Shown in pieces: positions 1 through 9,922 of a DNA stretch of 64,000 bases. The notes under the pieces are model-generated. The model was not told the DNA's origin, did not search any database, and worked only from the letters and a program-made list of their open reading frames with translations. How positions within the stretch are numbered: position 1 is the first letter of the stretch; each line of letters opens with the position of its first letter. Both the position numbers and the translations under genes were made by a program. Source of the DNA: Deltaproteobacteria bacterium (lineage in GTDB: Bacteria; Myxococcota; Myxococcia; Myxococcales; 40CM-4-68-19); assembly GCA_005879805.1 (NCBI GenBank), contig VBKL01000053.1, positions 157,716 through 221,715 on the forward strand. Direction: 5' to 3'.

Positions 1-436
1 ATTCGTCGTTCCAGGTCGGATGGCGGAACTCGAAGGCGAGCCGCAATTCGCTCGGCGCGGCGCGGAGCAGATCCGCGAGCACGTGCCGATCCGCCGTCAC
101 CGTCGAGGGAACCTGGATGAGGATCGGCCCCAGCGTCATGCCGAGGGGTTCGACGCACTCGAGCAGCTCGCCGAGCCCCTTCGCCACCGCTTTGCCGGAG
201 CGGAAGTCCACGTGCCCCGGATACCGGACAGCGAACTGGAATCCGGAGGGAACCGCCGCGGCCCACGAGGCGAGGATATCGGGGCCGGGCAACTTCGGAG
301 GCGCAAGCTCCACGCCGGAGAGCTGCGACGAGTAGTACGCGAGCATCTGCAAGGGCGTGAGCCCCGCGGGATACGCTCTGCCGGCCCACTCGCGATAGGA
401 GAAGCCAGTCGTTCCAATGCGTGCTTCCGCCAGCAT
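1..436 (-). CDS. DUF72 family protein, N-terminal part (gene runs off the left edge)
   Basis: My translation of the reverse strand from ATG 436..434 gives MLAEARIGTTGFSYREWAGRAYPAGLTPLQMLAYYSSQLSGVELAPP...FEFRHPTWNDE. The IGTSGxSY-x-W start is typical of DUF72/YecE. There is no stop before position 1, so it is absent from the ORF track. Confidence 0.7.
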   Translation of the reverse strand, partial: MLAEARIGTTGFSYREWAGRAYPAGLTPLQMLAYYSSQLSGVELAPPKLPGPDILASWAAAVPSGFQFAVRYPGHVDFRSGKAVAKGLGELLECVEPLGMTLGPILIQVPSTVTADRHVLADLLRAAPSELRLAFEFRHPTWNDE

Positions 437-531
437 GGCGGGAAGTTAGGCATTCAGGGCCCGGGTGCGACCGGAGCGCCTGCCCGGACGGCCGCCTGGC
501 GAGAGCGGGAACCAGCCGTGCGCCAGGTCGT

Positions 532-750
532 CTACTCGCCGGCGGCGGGCGTTTCCGAGCCCGCGGCTGCGGGCGGAGCGGCTGCCGCGGGGGGCGGTGC
601 AGCCGGAGCCGCCGGCTTGCGCGCCGGGCGCCGCTTCTGGGCCGCGGAACCGCCGGCCTTGGCCTCCGCCTTGCGGCGCTTCATGCGCTGCTTGTACTGC
701 TTCCGGCGGCGGTTGATCAGCCGGATGTGCTTGCTCTTCGAACGCGCCAT
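532..750 (-). CDS. Small, highly basic Lys/Arg/Ala/Pro-rich protein (72 aa), function unknown
   Basis: ORF MARSKSKHIRLINRRRKQYKQRMKRRKAEAKA... has an ATG preceded by GGGGAGAG about 4 nt upstream. It fills the gap between two co-directional genes. No family recognised. Confidence 0.45.
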   Translation of the reverse strand: MARSKSKHIRLINRRRKQYKQRMKRRKAEAKAGGSAAQKRRPARKPAAPAAPPPAAAAPPAAAGSETPAAGE

Positions 751-817
751 TTCTCTCCCCGATGAGATGCTCCGGTCTGCAAAGGCGGCGCACTCTACAG
801 GCGGAGGCGGGGGCTTG

Positions 818-2134
818 TCACCGCGTTCCGCTACGGGAGCGGTCGGCCGGGCCTTGCCCGTCGGCCGCGGGAGGCTCCGGCAGGGGGACGTTCATCATGC
901 CCTCCGCCCCGCGGACCGCGCTCGGCGGCGCCTCCGCGATGGTGGGCTCGTCGGCCGGCTCGTGGGTCTCGTGCGGCGGAATCGGCGCCGGAGGCTGGAT
1001 GGGCGGCTTGGGGGTCTTGGGCCGCAGCTTCCAGCGGTCGAGAAGCTCCTTCACCTCGCCGAGCGGCAGCGCGGGCGCGTAGTTGTTGTTCGCCCCGATC
1101 ATGTCCCGCGACATGCACAGCGAGTTGAGGATGGCCTCCTCCGTCGCCTCGATGGCCGCCTCGTAGATGGGGTTGATCCGCTGGTCGAGGAGGATCTTCA
1201 TGTGGTGGATCATCTTCGGCGTCGTGCGCGGCACCTTGTTCGCGGTGGAGAACGCCAGGATGATCTCGCCGGAGCCGTGGGCGGCGATGCTGCCCGCCCT
1301 GCCGATCCCGAGCGCGACGCGCTTGGAGACGCGCCCCAGCTGGTGGCTCGAGAGCGGCGCGTCGGTGGCGAGGACCGCGATGATGCTCCCGTAGGAGGTC
1401 GACCGGTGGGGGATGTCCTTGTACTGGTCGAGAAGGATGGGCCCCACGGGAAAGCCTGCGATGCGCAGGTCCCGCATGTGGCCGAAGTTGTTCATCACCA
1501 GCACCCCGACCGTATAGCCGCCGAGCGCGGGCTGGAGCTTGCGGCTGGAGGTGCCGATGCCCGCCTTGAAATCGCAGCAAATCATCCCGGTGCCGCCGCC
1601 CACCGATCCCTCGGCGACGGGGCCGTCGCTCGCCGTCTGGATGGCCTCGTAGACGTTCTCGGGCGCGACGTGCCGCCCGGCGGAATCGTTCAGCCAGGAA
1701 TCGTCGCATTCGCCGACGAGCGGAATGAGTACGTCGTGCTCGCCGCCGATCCCGGGATAGTGCTCGATCATCCAGCGCACCGCCGAGTCGCTCACCTGGC
1801 CGACCGAGAGCGTGGTGGTGAGGAAGACCGGAGTCTCGACGAGCCCCCACTCGATGAGCTGGGTCATCCCCGACACTTCGCCGGCGCCGTTCAAGACGAA
1901 CCCGCCGCCCACCGCGCGCTGGTCGAAGATGTTCTCGTTGGGGAGGATGGCGGTGACGCCGGTGCGGACCGGACCCTTCCCGCGCCGCAGCGGTCCGGCG
2001 CCGCGGATGATGGTGGAGTGCCCTACCCGCACGCCCTCGACGTCGGTGATGGAGTTCCAGCGTCCCGGGCGGAAACGCCCGAGCGGCACGCCCAGTTCGC
2101 GGGCGCGGAACCTCGCCTCCGTGTTGGGCTGCAC
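818..2134 (-). CDS. DmpA/P1 (S58) family aminopeptidase with Pro-rich C-terminal tail
   Basis: Contains RARELGVPLGRFRPGRWNSITDVEGVRVGHSTI, GSVGGGTGMICCDFKAGIGTSS and GSGEIILAFST, typical of self-processing DmpA-like Ntn hydrolases. The start is placed at GTG 2134, downstream of the upstream gene's stop at 2250; the exact start is uncertain (the ORF is open to 2329). Confidence 0.8.
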   Translation of the reverse strand: MQPNTEARFRARELGVPLGRFRPGRWNSITDVEGVRVGHSTIIRGAGPLRRGKGPVRTGVTAILPNENIFDQRAVGGGFVLNGAGEVSGMTQLIEWGLVETPVFLTTTLSVGQVSDSAVRWMIEHYPGIGGEHDVLIPLVGECDDSWLNDSAGRHVAPENVYEAIQTASDGPVAEGSVGGGTGMICCDFKAGIGTSSRKLQPALGGYTVGVLVMNNFGHMRDLRIAGFPVGPILLDQYKDIPHRSTSYGSIIAVLATDAPLSSHQLGRVSKRVALGIGRAGSIAAHGSGEIILAFSTANKVPRTTPKMIHHMKILLDQRINPIYEAAIEATEEAILNSLCMSRDMIGANNNYAPALPLGEVKELLDRWKLRPKTPKPPIQPPAPIPPHETHEPADEPTIAEAPPSAVRGAEGMMNVPLPEPPAADGQGPADRSRSGTR

Positions 2135-2249
2135 CTCTAGTGGAATATCCGACGGGAGGGCCCGCCGCCACGGGTGTGCCCCAACCAGGCGCAAATCGTC
2201 GACTTTGCGAAAGTTGGCGCCTGAAGTTTTGCAAGCGCCGACGCGCACG

Positions 2250-4373
2250 TCAGCTGCGGAGCTGGGGCTCCTGCTTCTGCTCTTCGGGCGAGGAAGCCGC
2301 GGCTCCGCCGTTGGGCGGCGTCGCGCCACCGCGCTCCGACTCGCGCCGCTCGCGCTCCCGCTCCTTGTAACGGCGGATCGCGCCGGACAAGATTTCCGAG
2401 ATGAGCGCCGGATATTCGAGGCCCGCCGCCTTGGCGATGAGCACCAGGTCGCTCCAGCCCGGCGTCAGGCCGGGCAGCGGATTGCACTCGAGGAAATAGA
2501 CCCGGCCCTGCAAGTCCATGCGGAAGTCGACCCGGGCGACGTCGCGGCACCCGAGGGCGATGAAACATTCGCGGGCCGCGCGCTCGAGGGCCTTGAGTTG
2601 CCCCGGCTCGAGCTGCGCCGGGACGTCGTAGCGGATCTTGCTCGACCAATCCTGCTTGTACTCGAACGAGTAGACGGGATGCGCCTCTTTGGCGAGGAAC
2701 ACCACCTCCATCGGCGGCAATACTTTTGGCCTGCGCTCGCCGAGAAGACCGACGGTGAACTCGCGCCCGGCGATGTAGTCCTCGACCAGGGCGGGCTGAT
2801 CGTACTTGGCGATCATCTCCCGCGCCGCCTCGCGCAATTCCGCCTCGGTATCGACGACGCTCGTGCGGTGAACGCCCTTCGACGACCCTTCCGCGTTCGG
2901 CTTCACGATGAGCGGGAACTTGAGGTCGCGGGGAAGCCGCTCCTTCCCGGTGGTGAGGGTCATGAAATTGGGGGTGAGGATCCCGTGCTGGCGGACGATG
3001 CGCTTGGCGATCGCCTTGTCGAGGGCGATGGAGAGCGCGGTGGGATCCGATCCCGAATAGGGGATGTCGAGAAGCTCGAGGAGCGCCGGCACCACCGCTT
3101 CGCGATTCCGCCCCTTGATCCCTTCCGCCATGTTGAAGACCACGTCGACCGGCGTGGCCGCGAGGACGGTGGGAAGCTCGGTGGTCGCCTCGAGGTCGAT
3201 CACCTCGTGGCCGGCCGCGGCGATGGCCTCGCGTACCGCCTGGATGGTCTGCGGCGGATCGTACTCCGCCTCCTCGTCCTTGCGGCCGTCGATCTCCGGC
3301 TTGATGCGCTTCACGTTGAAGGTGAAGCCGACCCGCAGGGGCCCCGTCTTGCGCGGCGGCCGGTTCCGCCGCTTGCCGGGATCGTGCAGTCCCCAGCGCA
3401 GGGCGGCGCTCTCGATCACCTTGGCGAGGACGCCGTCGGTGTGGAGCCCTTCCAGCGCCGCGGCGGCGTAGATTCCTGCCCCGGGCTCCAGGCTGGGCAG
3501 CGCGTTGATCTCGATGAAGTAGACCTGGCCGTCCTCGGCGATGCGGAAATCGATGCGTCCGAGGTCGCGGCACCCGAGCGCACGATAGGCCTTGCGTGCC
3601 ATGTCCTGCGCCCGCTGCAGGATGTGCCCCGCGAACTGCGCGGGCGTGCGCACGTGCACCGCCTCGTGGTGCACCGATTTCAGGTCGTAGTCGTAGATGC
3701 GGTAGCGCCGCTTGGAAAGCTCCGCCTCGTCGATGACGTACTCGACCGGGGTGAGGACGCCTTGCCGCTCCGGCGCCGCCTTCTCCAGGAAGGCGACGGT
3801 GAGGTCCTTGCCGGGAATGAACTCCTCGACGAGGACTCCGGCGGGGAACCTGGCGAGCGTCTTCTCCACCAGCGCGCGGAGCCTTCCCCGCTCCTCGCAC
3901 ACCGAGTCCTGGGTGATGCCCTTGGAGCTGCCTTCGAAGTTGGGCTTCACGATGAGAGGAAAGCGCCAGCCGTCGAGCTTGAGATCCACGATGTCGTCGA
4001 TGAACTGCCCGCGCGGCGAGATGACGCCGTGCTCGGAGAGCATCAGCTTGGTGAGCGACTTGTCGAGGGTGACGGCGAGCACCCAGGCGTCGGAGCCGGT
4101 ATAGGGAAATCCGAGCTCGTCGAAGAGTGCGGGATAGAAAGCCTCGCGAAACCGGCCCCGCCGGCCCTCGGCGGTGTTGAAGATCAGCTCCGGGGAGTAG
4201 GCCTCGATGCGCGCCGCCGTCCGCGAGGCGGGGCCGCTCACCTCGATGCGCTCGACGCGATGGCCGAGCCGCTCGAGAGCGGCGGTGAGTGCGTCGATGG
4301 TCTCGCGGGAATCGAACTCTGCTTCGTCTTCGGAATCGGTCAGGCGCAGATTGTGCGTCAGGGCGATGCGCAT
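2250..4373 (-). CDS. Tandem (duplicated) D-alanine--D-alanine ligase-family ATP-grasp protein, 707 aa
   Basis: Two consecutive Ddl-like modules. Each has a G(S)D..L....DK motif, FPLIVKPN(F/A)EGSSKG(I/V), and (D/E)FR...G..YF(I/L)E.N..P(S/G)L. ATG at 4373. Confidence 0.85.
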   Translation of the reverse strand: MRIALTHNLRLTDSEDEAEFDSRETIDALTAALERLGHRVERIEVSGPASRTAARIEAYSPELIFNTAEGRRGRFREAFYPALFDELGFPYTGSDAWVLAVTLDKSLTKLMLSEHGVISPRGQFIDDIVDLKLDGWRFPLIVKPNFEGSSKGITQDSVCEERGRLRALVEKTLARFPAGVLVEEFIPGKDLTVAFLEKAAPERQGVLTPVEYVIDEAELSKRRYRIYDYDLKSVHHEAVHVRTPAQFAGHILQRAQDMARKAYRALGCRDLGRIDFRIAEDGQVYFIEINALPSLEPGAGIYAAAALEGLHTDGVLAKVIESAALRWGLHDPGKRRNRPPRKTGPLRVGFTFNVKRIKPEIDGRKDEEAEYDPPQTIQAVREAIAAAGHEVIDLEATTELPTVLAATPVDVVFNMAEGIKGRNREAVVPALLELLDIPYSGSDPTALSIALDKAIAKRIVRQHGILTPNFMTLTTGKERLPRDLKFPLIVKPNAEGSSKGVHRTSVVDTEAELREAAREMIAKYDQPALVEDYIAGREFTVGLLGERRPKVLPPMEVVFLAKEAHPVYSFEYKQDWSSKIRYDVPAQLEPGQLKALERAARECFIALGCRDVARVDFRMDLQGRVYFLECNPLPGLTPGWSDLVLIAKAAGLEYPALISEILSGAIRRYKERERERRESERGGATPPNGGAAASSPEEQKQEPQLRS

Positions 4374-4978
4374 GCTTCCTCATGAAGGCCCGCATCGGTT
4401 GCGCGCGTGCCCGGGCCGGGGCGTGGTTTGACGCGCTCTCGCGCGGCGCGCGAGGAGACCAGGGGGGCAGCCGCGGGGCTCGCGTCGCGCGGGGCAACGA
4501 GCCCGAGCCCGAGCGCGATCGATCCGTCGACGACCTGGGTAGAGGCGAGGAGATCGCCGATCCGGCGCTGGCCGAGGTCGCGCGTGAGCGGCCGCAGGGC
4601 GACGCCCGCCTCCACCGCGCAGATGACGGCAATGGCAACGATGGTTACCGCGAGCGGGTGCGGCGCGCCCAGCAACGCGGGCAACGGCGCCAGGGCGAAG
4701 ACCGCATTCCGGCGCAGGCAGGCGATGATCCCCGCCGGCCGCCGGGTCTGGACCGCGATGACGCGCAGACCCACGGCGCGTTTCCCGAGCGAGCGGCCGG
4801 TGCCGAACAGCGAATCGGCGGCGAGGAGGAAGAGCAGGCAGAGAAACTCGCCGGCGCGAGGCTGCCCGCGGGGAACGAGCACGAGCGGCGCGAGCCCGAT
4901 CAGCAGATCGATCGCGCGGGCCGCAGCGCGACGGCGGAAGTCGGCGGGCGGATAACTCGGAGGCTCAGCGGTCTCCAC
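4358..4978 (-). CDS. RDD family membrane protein
   Basis: RRRAAARAIDLLIG..., GRSLGKRAVGLRVI and hydrophobic segments match the RDD domain pattern. GTG start at 4978 with GGAGGAGG upstream. The 3' end overlaps the next gene's start by 16 nt. Confidence 0.65.
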   Translation of the reverse strand: METAEPPSYPPADFRRRAAARAIDLLIGLAPLVLVPRGQPRAGEFLCLLFLLAADSLFGTGRSLGKRAVGLRVIAVQTRRPAGIIACLRRNAVFALAPLPALLGAPHPLAVTIVAIAVICAVEAGVALRPLTRDLGQRRIGDLLASTQVVDGSIALGLGLVAPRDASPAAAPLVSSRAARERVKPRPGPGTRATDAGLHEEACASP

Positions 4979-5062
4979 TGTCCGGCCTCCTCCATTGCCG
5001 CCGGCTGCGCGCGCCGCTCGCCATGAGCACGGCCGTCACTTTGGGGCTTGCCGGAGCTTCGA

Positions 5063-6058
5063 TCAAGCGAGATCAGCAACCCACTTCGCGGCATCGGTCG
5101 CGCTGTACGTCAAGATCAGGTCGGCGCCCGCCCGCTTGATGCCCGTGAGCACTTCCAGGACGGCGCGGCGCTCCTCGATCCATCCGTTCTGGGCGGCCGC
5201 CTTCAGCATGGAGTACTCCCCGCTCACGTTGTAGGCCGCGACCGGGAGATCCGTCGTGCGCCGGATCTCCGAGATCACGTCCAGGTAGGCGAGCGCAGGC
5301 TTCACCATGATCAGGTCCGCGCCCTCGCCTACGTCGAGCAACGCTTCCCGCCGGGCCTCGCGGAGGTTGGAGGGATCCATCTGATAGCCGCGGCGGTCGC
5401 CTTCCTTGGGCGTGCTCTGTGCGGCGTCCCGGAAGGGACCGTAGAACGCGCTGGCATACTTCACCGCGTAGCTCATGAGGATCACGTCGGTGGCGCCGTT
5501 CTCGTCGAGCGCCCGGCGGATGGCCCCCACCCGGCCGTCCATCATGTCGCTCGGGGCGACGATGTCGGCGCCCGCCTTGGCGTAGGCCACCGCCGCGCGG
5601 GCGAGGAGCGGCAACGTCTGGTCGTTCGCCACCACCACGTGCCCCTGGGCGTCCCGCGCCAGCGGGCCGCAATGCCCGTGGTCGGTGTACTCGCAGAGGC
5701 AGACGTCGGCGGCGAGGACGAGATCGGGTACCGCGTCCTTGATGGCGCGGAGCGCGGTGCAAACGGGTCCCTGCGGGTCCCAGGCGGCGGTGCCCTGGGC
5801 GTCCTTTGCGTCGGGGATGCCGAAGAGGATCGCGGAGCGGACGCCGGCCTCCCGGGCGGCCTTCGCTTCGGCGACGACCAGGTCGACGGAAAGCTGCGCG
5901 ACTCCGGGCATCGAAGGGATGGGCTTCTTCACCCCTTTTCCCGAGATGGCGAAGAGGGGGAGCATGAGGTCGGACGGCTCGATGCGCGTCTCGCGAACGA
6001 TCGAGCGGAGTGCGGCGGTGCGGCGCAAACGGCGGGGGCGGCTCTGCGGGAAGCTCAT
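5063..6058 (-). CDS. hemB: Porphobilinogen synthase (delta-aminolevulinic acid dehydratase)
   Basis: [36 protein letters not shown]..., [24 protein letters not shown] and [10 protein letters not shown] are classic HemB motifs. 331 aa from ATG 6058; the longer track ORF upstream is not coding-like. Confidence 0.95.
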   Translation of the reverse strand: MSFPQSRPRRLRRTAALRSIVRETRIEPSDLMLPLFAISGKGVKKPIPSMPGVAQLSVDLVVAEAKAAREAGVRSAILFGIPDAKDAQGTAAWDPQGPVCTALRAIKDAVPDLVLAADVCLCEYTDHGHCGPLARDAQGHVVVANDQTLPLLARAAVAYAKAGADIVAPSDMMDGRVGAIRRALDENGATDVILMSYAVKYASAFYGPFRDAAQSTPKEGDRRGYQMDPSNLREARREALLDVGEGADLIMVKPALAYLDVISEIRRTTDLPVAAYNVSGEYSMLKAAAQNGWIEERRAVLEVLTGIKRAGADLILTYSATDAAKWVADLA

Positions 6059-6107
6059 CGCCCTCAACGCTACCGCCGTCGCCCTGCTCCGGGCAATGAA
6101 ACCGCCC

Positions 6108-6920
6108 TCAGGGCCTGAACTTGAAGCGCAGCCCGAGGGTCGCGGCGTGGTCGCGGCTCTCGATGAGGAGCGCCCGGTCCGTGCTGTTGACGATGGTCGA
6201 ATTGGTGAAGGCGGCGTGCCACCGCGTGAAGTCGTATCCGACATCGATCGCCATCGACGGGGAGACATCGTAGGAGAACTGGATCCGGCCCCGGAACTCG
6301 CTCGAATCGGAGAGGTCGCCGAGGTTCGTCTGCGCGAGGTACGGAAAGGGGGCGATGGCGCCCTCGACGAAGAAACCCATCGAGATGGCGGGCAAGAGGC
6401 GGATGTCGAGCTCGAGGTTGGAGGCCACGCCGAACATGCCGATGGTGGGAACGCCCCCCGTCGGCCTTCCCCATTCGTAGCGTGTGAGCACTCCCGCTCC
6501 CGCCGTGAGGACCACTCCAGAAGTGATGCGGGTGGCGGCTCCCGCCAGGAAGCGGCCGGTGATGTCGGCGCCTGTCGATCCCAACCGCGCCTCGCTGGTC
6601 TTGAACTGCCCGCCTTCCGCCTCGACGCGCCCGAAAAACGGCTTGTTGCCGAGGAGCTGGAAGGTGAAGCGCGCGAGCCCGCGTCCCGGCTCGAAGCTTT
6701 CCGAGCCGAACTTCGAATCGCCCGTGCCGGTATCGAGCCGCACCGAGAGCACCGTCGGCTTCCAGGCGAGGAGCAACCCCGTCGGGGTCGGGTCGGGGAT
6801 CTCGATGGGTATCTCGCGCACGTCGGGAGGCGGAGCGCGATCGGCCACTGCGGCCGGCGCCGCGCACAGCGCCAGGGCAAGGAGGAGCACGGAGGAACGG
6901 TACCGCAATTCACCCCTCAT
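6108..6920 (-). CDS. Secreted, probably beta-barrel outer-membrane protein (270 aa)
   Basis: Signal-like [26 protein letters not shown], then alternating hydrophobic beta-strand-like segments ending ...[14 protein letters not shown] 6920 overlaps the nadD stop (ATGA). Confidence 0.55.
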   Translation of the reverse strand: MRGELRYRSSVLLLALALCAAPAAVADRAPPPDVREIPIEIPDPTPTGLLLAWKPTVLSVRLDTGTGDSKFGSESFEPGRGLARFTFQLLGNKPFFGRVEAEGGQFKTSEARLGSTGADITGRFLAGAATRITSGVVLTAGAGVLTRYEWGRPTGGVPTIGMFGVASNLELDIRLLPAISMGFFVEGAIAPFPYLAQTNLGDLSDSSEFRGRIQFSYDVSPSMAIDVGYDFTRWHAAFTNSTIVNSTDRALLIESRDHAATLGLRFKFRP

Positions 6921-7474
6921 CGCTGACCGCCGGTGTAGGTGCCCGCCGCCCGGATCCTGCGCAGGACCTCGCGGGGAACGAGGCGCGAAACGTCGGCGCC
7001 CGAGGCGAGAAGCGTGCGCACCTCGGTGGAGGAGACCTCGGGCAGCACGGCACCGATCCCACCTTCGAACCCTCCCCGCCGGAGCTCGATGATCCGGGCG
7101 AGCTCGGTGATGCGGTCGAACCGTTTCCACTGCGACCGCTCCGCGGCGAGGTCCGACCCGACCACCAGCGCGAAGGAATGTTCCGGATGGGTCCGCCGCA
7201 GATGCTCGAGGAGATCGACGGTGCGCACCTCGCCACCGATCTCGGCCTCGATGCGCGAGACCCGCGCGCGCGGCAATCCGGCGTCCGCGATCATCGCTTC
7301 GCAAAGCTCGGCGCGGTGCTCGAAGGGCGCCGCGAGCTTCTTCCCCAACGGGTGCTGGTTCACCGGCACGAGCCACAGTTCCCCGACCGGCTCCGTGGCG
7401 AGCACATAGGTCGCGGCAAGGAGATGCCCGACGTGGGGAGGATCGAAGCTGCCGCCAAAGAGGGCGATCTCCAT
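6917..7474 (-). CDS. nadD: Nicotinate-nucleotide adenylyltransferase
   Basis: MEIALFGGSFDPPHVGHL... and SSTEVR motifs. ATG at 7474, 4 nt after the upstream stop. Confidence 0.9.
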   Translation of the reverse strand: MEIALFGGSFDPPHVGHLLAATYVLATEPVGELWLVPVNQHPLGKKLAAPFEHRAELCEAMIADAGLPRARVSRIEAEIGGEVRTVDLLEHLRRTHPEHSFALVVGSDLAAERSQWKRFDRITELARIIELRRGGFEGGIGAVLPEVSSTEVRTLLASGADVSRLVPREVLRRIRAAGTYTGGQR

Positions 7475-7478
7475 CGCG

Positions 7479-8441
7479 TCAGTAGAGCAAATACGTGGAA
7501 CGCGTGCGCACGAAGGCGTCGCATTCGGCGTCCCAGGCATCGCAGAGCTGGGTGACGCTCTTGCCCGCCTCGACGCCTCGGCGGAAGGCCTCGCTGCCGG
7601 CGAGCAGATCGATGGCGGGGATGGTCTCCACGAACTCGTATTTCTCGGTCCGCCAGGCGAACTTGGCTGGATCCTGCGCGCGCGCGTGCACGATGCAGGC
7701 GACGCCGAGCCGCACTGCCTCGTTGGTGCCCTCGAGCAGGCAGAGGCCGGGGTAGACCAGCGCCGTATCGAGCGTCGGCATGTTGGGCGAAGGCAGGATC
7801 CAGGGCAGCCCGGTCTGGTCGAAGAGCATGTCGCGCAGCCAGCCGTCCATCTCGATCACGTCGAGATCGCAATCGATCCCGAATTCTCCCTTGAGGAGGA
7901 GCGCGCACTCGCCCGCGGTCAAGCCGTGCCGGGCCGCGATCGGCCACAGCCCCACGAACGACTCGAATCCCTCGTGGACGACGCCGCCTTCGACCGATGC
8001 GCCGCCGATGGGATTGGGACGGTCGAGGACGACGAAGCGCAGGCCGTTGCGCTCCGCCGCCTGCATGCAGAGGCCCATGGTGGCGAGGTACGTGTAGTAC
8101 CGGCTCCCGACGTCCTGGATGTCGAAGACGAGGGCGTCGAGCGATTGCAGATGCTCGTCGCGCGGCGTGAGCGAGGCGAAATCCTGGCCATAGAGCGAAT
8201 GCTCCGGAACGCCGGTGCGCGGATCGACTGTCCCGTGCACCTCCTCGAGGTACTGCACGTCGCCTCGCACGCCGTGCTCGGGACCGAAGAGCGCCGCGAG
8301 CTTCACCCCTTCGGCCTGGTGCAACAGGTCCGCGAGATGGCGCAGCTTCGCATCGACGCTCGTCGGGTTGCAGATCGCCCCGACACGCAAGCCCTTGAGC
8401 TTTCCCTCGTCGATGGCGCGGACCAGCCCGGTTTTCACCAT
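7479..8441 (-). CDS. DUF1343 / NamZ-like exo-beta-N-acetylmuramidase family protein, apparently missing an internal block
   Basis: LFGPEHGVRG, DALVFDIQDVGSRYYTY, VVLDRPNPIGG, LPSPNMPT and terminal YLLY match DUF1343. After EGTN the usually conserved S-E-G-R-G-T block is absent. The protein is 320 aa; family members I recall are about 380-410 aa. Confidence 0.8.
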   Translation of the reverse strand: MVKTGLVRAIDEGKLKGLRVGAICNPTSVDAKLRHLADLLHQAEGVKLAALFGPEHGVRGDVQYLEEVHGTVDPRTGVPEHSLYGQDFASLTPRDEHLQSLDALVFDIQDVGSRYYTYLATMGLCMQAAERNGLRFVVLDRPNPIGGASVEGGVVHEGFESFVGLWPIAARHGLTAGECALLLKGEFGIDCDLDVIEMDGWLRDMLFDQTGLPWILPSPNMPTLDTALVYPGLCLLEGTNEAVRLGVACIVHARAQDPAKFAWRTEKYEFVETIPAIDLLAGSEAFRRGVEAGKSVTQLCDAWDAECDAFVRTRSTYLLY

Positions 8442-9841
8442 CAGTACGCGTTCCGCGAAAGGAATCCGAAAGCGATCGTCCGCAGCAAGATGCGCAGGTC
8501 GAGGAGCAGGGACCAGTGCTCGATGTAGTAGAGGTCGTATTCGACGCGCTTGGCGATGCTGGTCTTGCCGCGCAGGCCGTGGATCTGCGCCCAGCCCGTC
8601 ATCCCCGCCTTCACCATGTGGCGTAGCTGGTACCTCGGGATGCGGCGGCGGAAGCGGGCGATGAAGACGGGGCGCTCCGGACGGGGACCGACCAGGCTCA
8701 TGTCGCCGATCAGCACGTTCAGCAGCTGGGGGAGCTCGTCGAGGCTGGTCCTGCGCAGGTACCCGCCGATGGGTGTCGCCCGGGGATCGGCGCGCTCGGC
8801 GAAGCGAGGGCCCGCTTCCTCGGCATCGCTCCGCATGGTGCGGAACTTGAGCATCGCGAACGGTTTCCCGTCGAGGCCGACCCGTTCCTGCCGGTAGAGG
8901 ATGGGGCCCCGCGAAGTCAGCTTCACCGCCAGGGCCACGAGGACCAGCAGGGGGGAAAGGACGGCGAGGAAGACGGCGGAGAAAAGCAGATCGAAGGCGC
9001 GCTTGGCGACGGCGTTGATCCCGAGGACGCCGGCGGATTGGAGATTCACGATGGGGAGGCCGCCGAACTCTTCGAGCCCTCCGAACAAGGTGGCGTACTG
9101 GTAGACGTCGGGAACGAGCTTCACGTCCACCGTCGTGTCGGCGCAGATCTCCATGATGCGCGGCAGGTGGTGGAAGCACCGCGTGGGCAAGGCGACGAGC
9201 ACCTGATCGATCTGCTGCCGGAAGAGGACTCCGCGCAGATCGCGCACCGTCCCGACGACCTCGGTGCCGTCGATCCGCGTTCCGACCCGGGCGCGGGTCA
9301 ACGACAGGCAGCCCACGGGCCGGAAGCCCAGTTCACGATGGGCGTCGATCTGCGCGAGCACCTGCTTCGCGAGGCGGCCGGTGCCGAGGACCAGCACGTA
9401 GCGCAGGTTGTAGCCGCGCCGACGCAGCGCTCGGAGGGCTTCCTTGAAGAGGGACCTGGTCGCGCCGACGCCCAAGAAGGCGAGCACGGTGAAGATGACG
9501 AGAGCGCCGCGTGAATAGCGATCCTGCCGGAAGAAATAGGTGACGGTGACGAGGAGAATCCCGCCGAGGGCCGTTGCCTTGAAGACGCCGAATACCTCGT
9601 CGACCGCGGTGCTCTGGCGCTGGGCGCGGTACAGCCCGACGCTGCGCAGGCAGAGCGGCCAGAGGATGCAGGCGAGGATGCCGACCGTTAGCGTCTCCCC
9701 GCGCGGCGGGATCTCCGGATAGGGGAAGACCTCCGGGAAGCCGAAGCGCAGCGCATGGGCGATCGCGAAGGCCGCCGCCACCACCAGCACGTCGAGCACT
9801 ACCCGGAGCGCCGTGAAGATCTGGTGGTGCCGCTTGAACAT
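8441..9841 (-). CDS. Undecaprenyl-phosphate hexose-1-phosphate transferase (WcaJ/WbaP-type bacterial sugar transferase)
   Basis: N-terminal TM helices followed by the C-terminal KRAFDLLFS..., PILYRQERVGLDGKPFAMLKFRTM, LDELPQLLNVLIGDMSLVGPRP. ATG 9841 (alternative GTG 9874). The stop shares one nt with the next start (TGATG). Confidence 0.9.
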   Translation of the reverse strand: MFKRHHQIFTALRVVLDVLVVAAAFAIAHALRFGFPEVFPYPEIPPRGETLTVGILACILWPLCLRSVGLYRAQRQSTAVDEVFGVFKATALGGILLVTVTYFFRQDRYSRGALVIFTVLAFLGVGATRSLFKEALRALRRRGYNLRYVLVLGTGRLAKQVLAQIDAHRELGFRPVGCLSLTRARVGTRIDGTEVVGTVRDLRGVLFRQQIDQVLVALPTRCFHHLPRIMEICADTTVDVKLVPDVYQYATLFGGLEEFGGLPIVNLQSAGVLGINAVAKRAFDLLFSAVFLAVLSPLLVLVALAVKLTSRGPILYRQERVGLDGKPFAMLKFRTMRSDAEEAGPRFAERADPRATPIGGYLRRTSLDELPQLLNVLIGDMSLVGPRPERPVFIARFRRRIPRYQLRHMVKAGMTGWAQIHGLRGKTSIAKRVEYDLYYIEHWSLLLDLRILLRTIAFGFLSRNAY

Positions 9842-9922
9842 GGGGCGCCCGGGAAGTACCGGGAAAGGACCCACGGCGCAAGGTTGCGCTCACTCTCCGC
9901 GGAAGGGCGGTGGAACCGTGAC

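Noticed and set aside
20-4385. Very long plus-strand ORFs (20..2140, 706 aa; 1812..4385, 857 aa)
   Set aside because: They lie antisense to the clearly recognisable DmpA-like and double ATP-grasp genes. Their Arg/Gly/Ala/Pro-rich translations have no motifs. These are typical shadow frames of a GC-rich genome.
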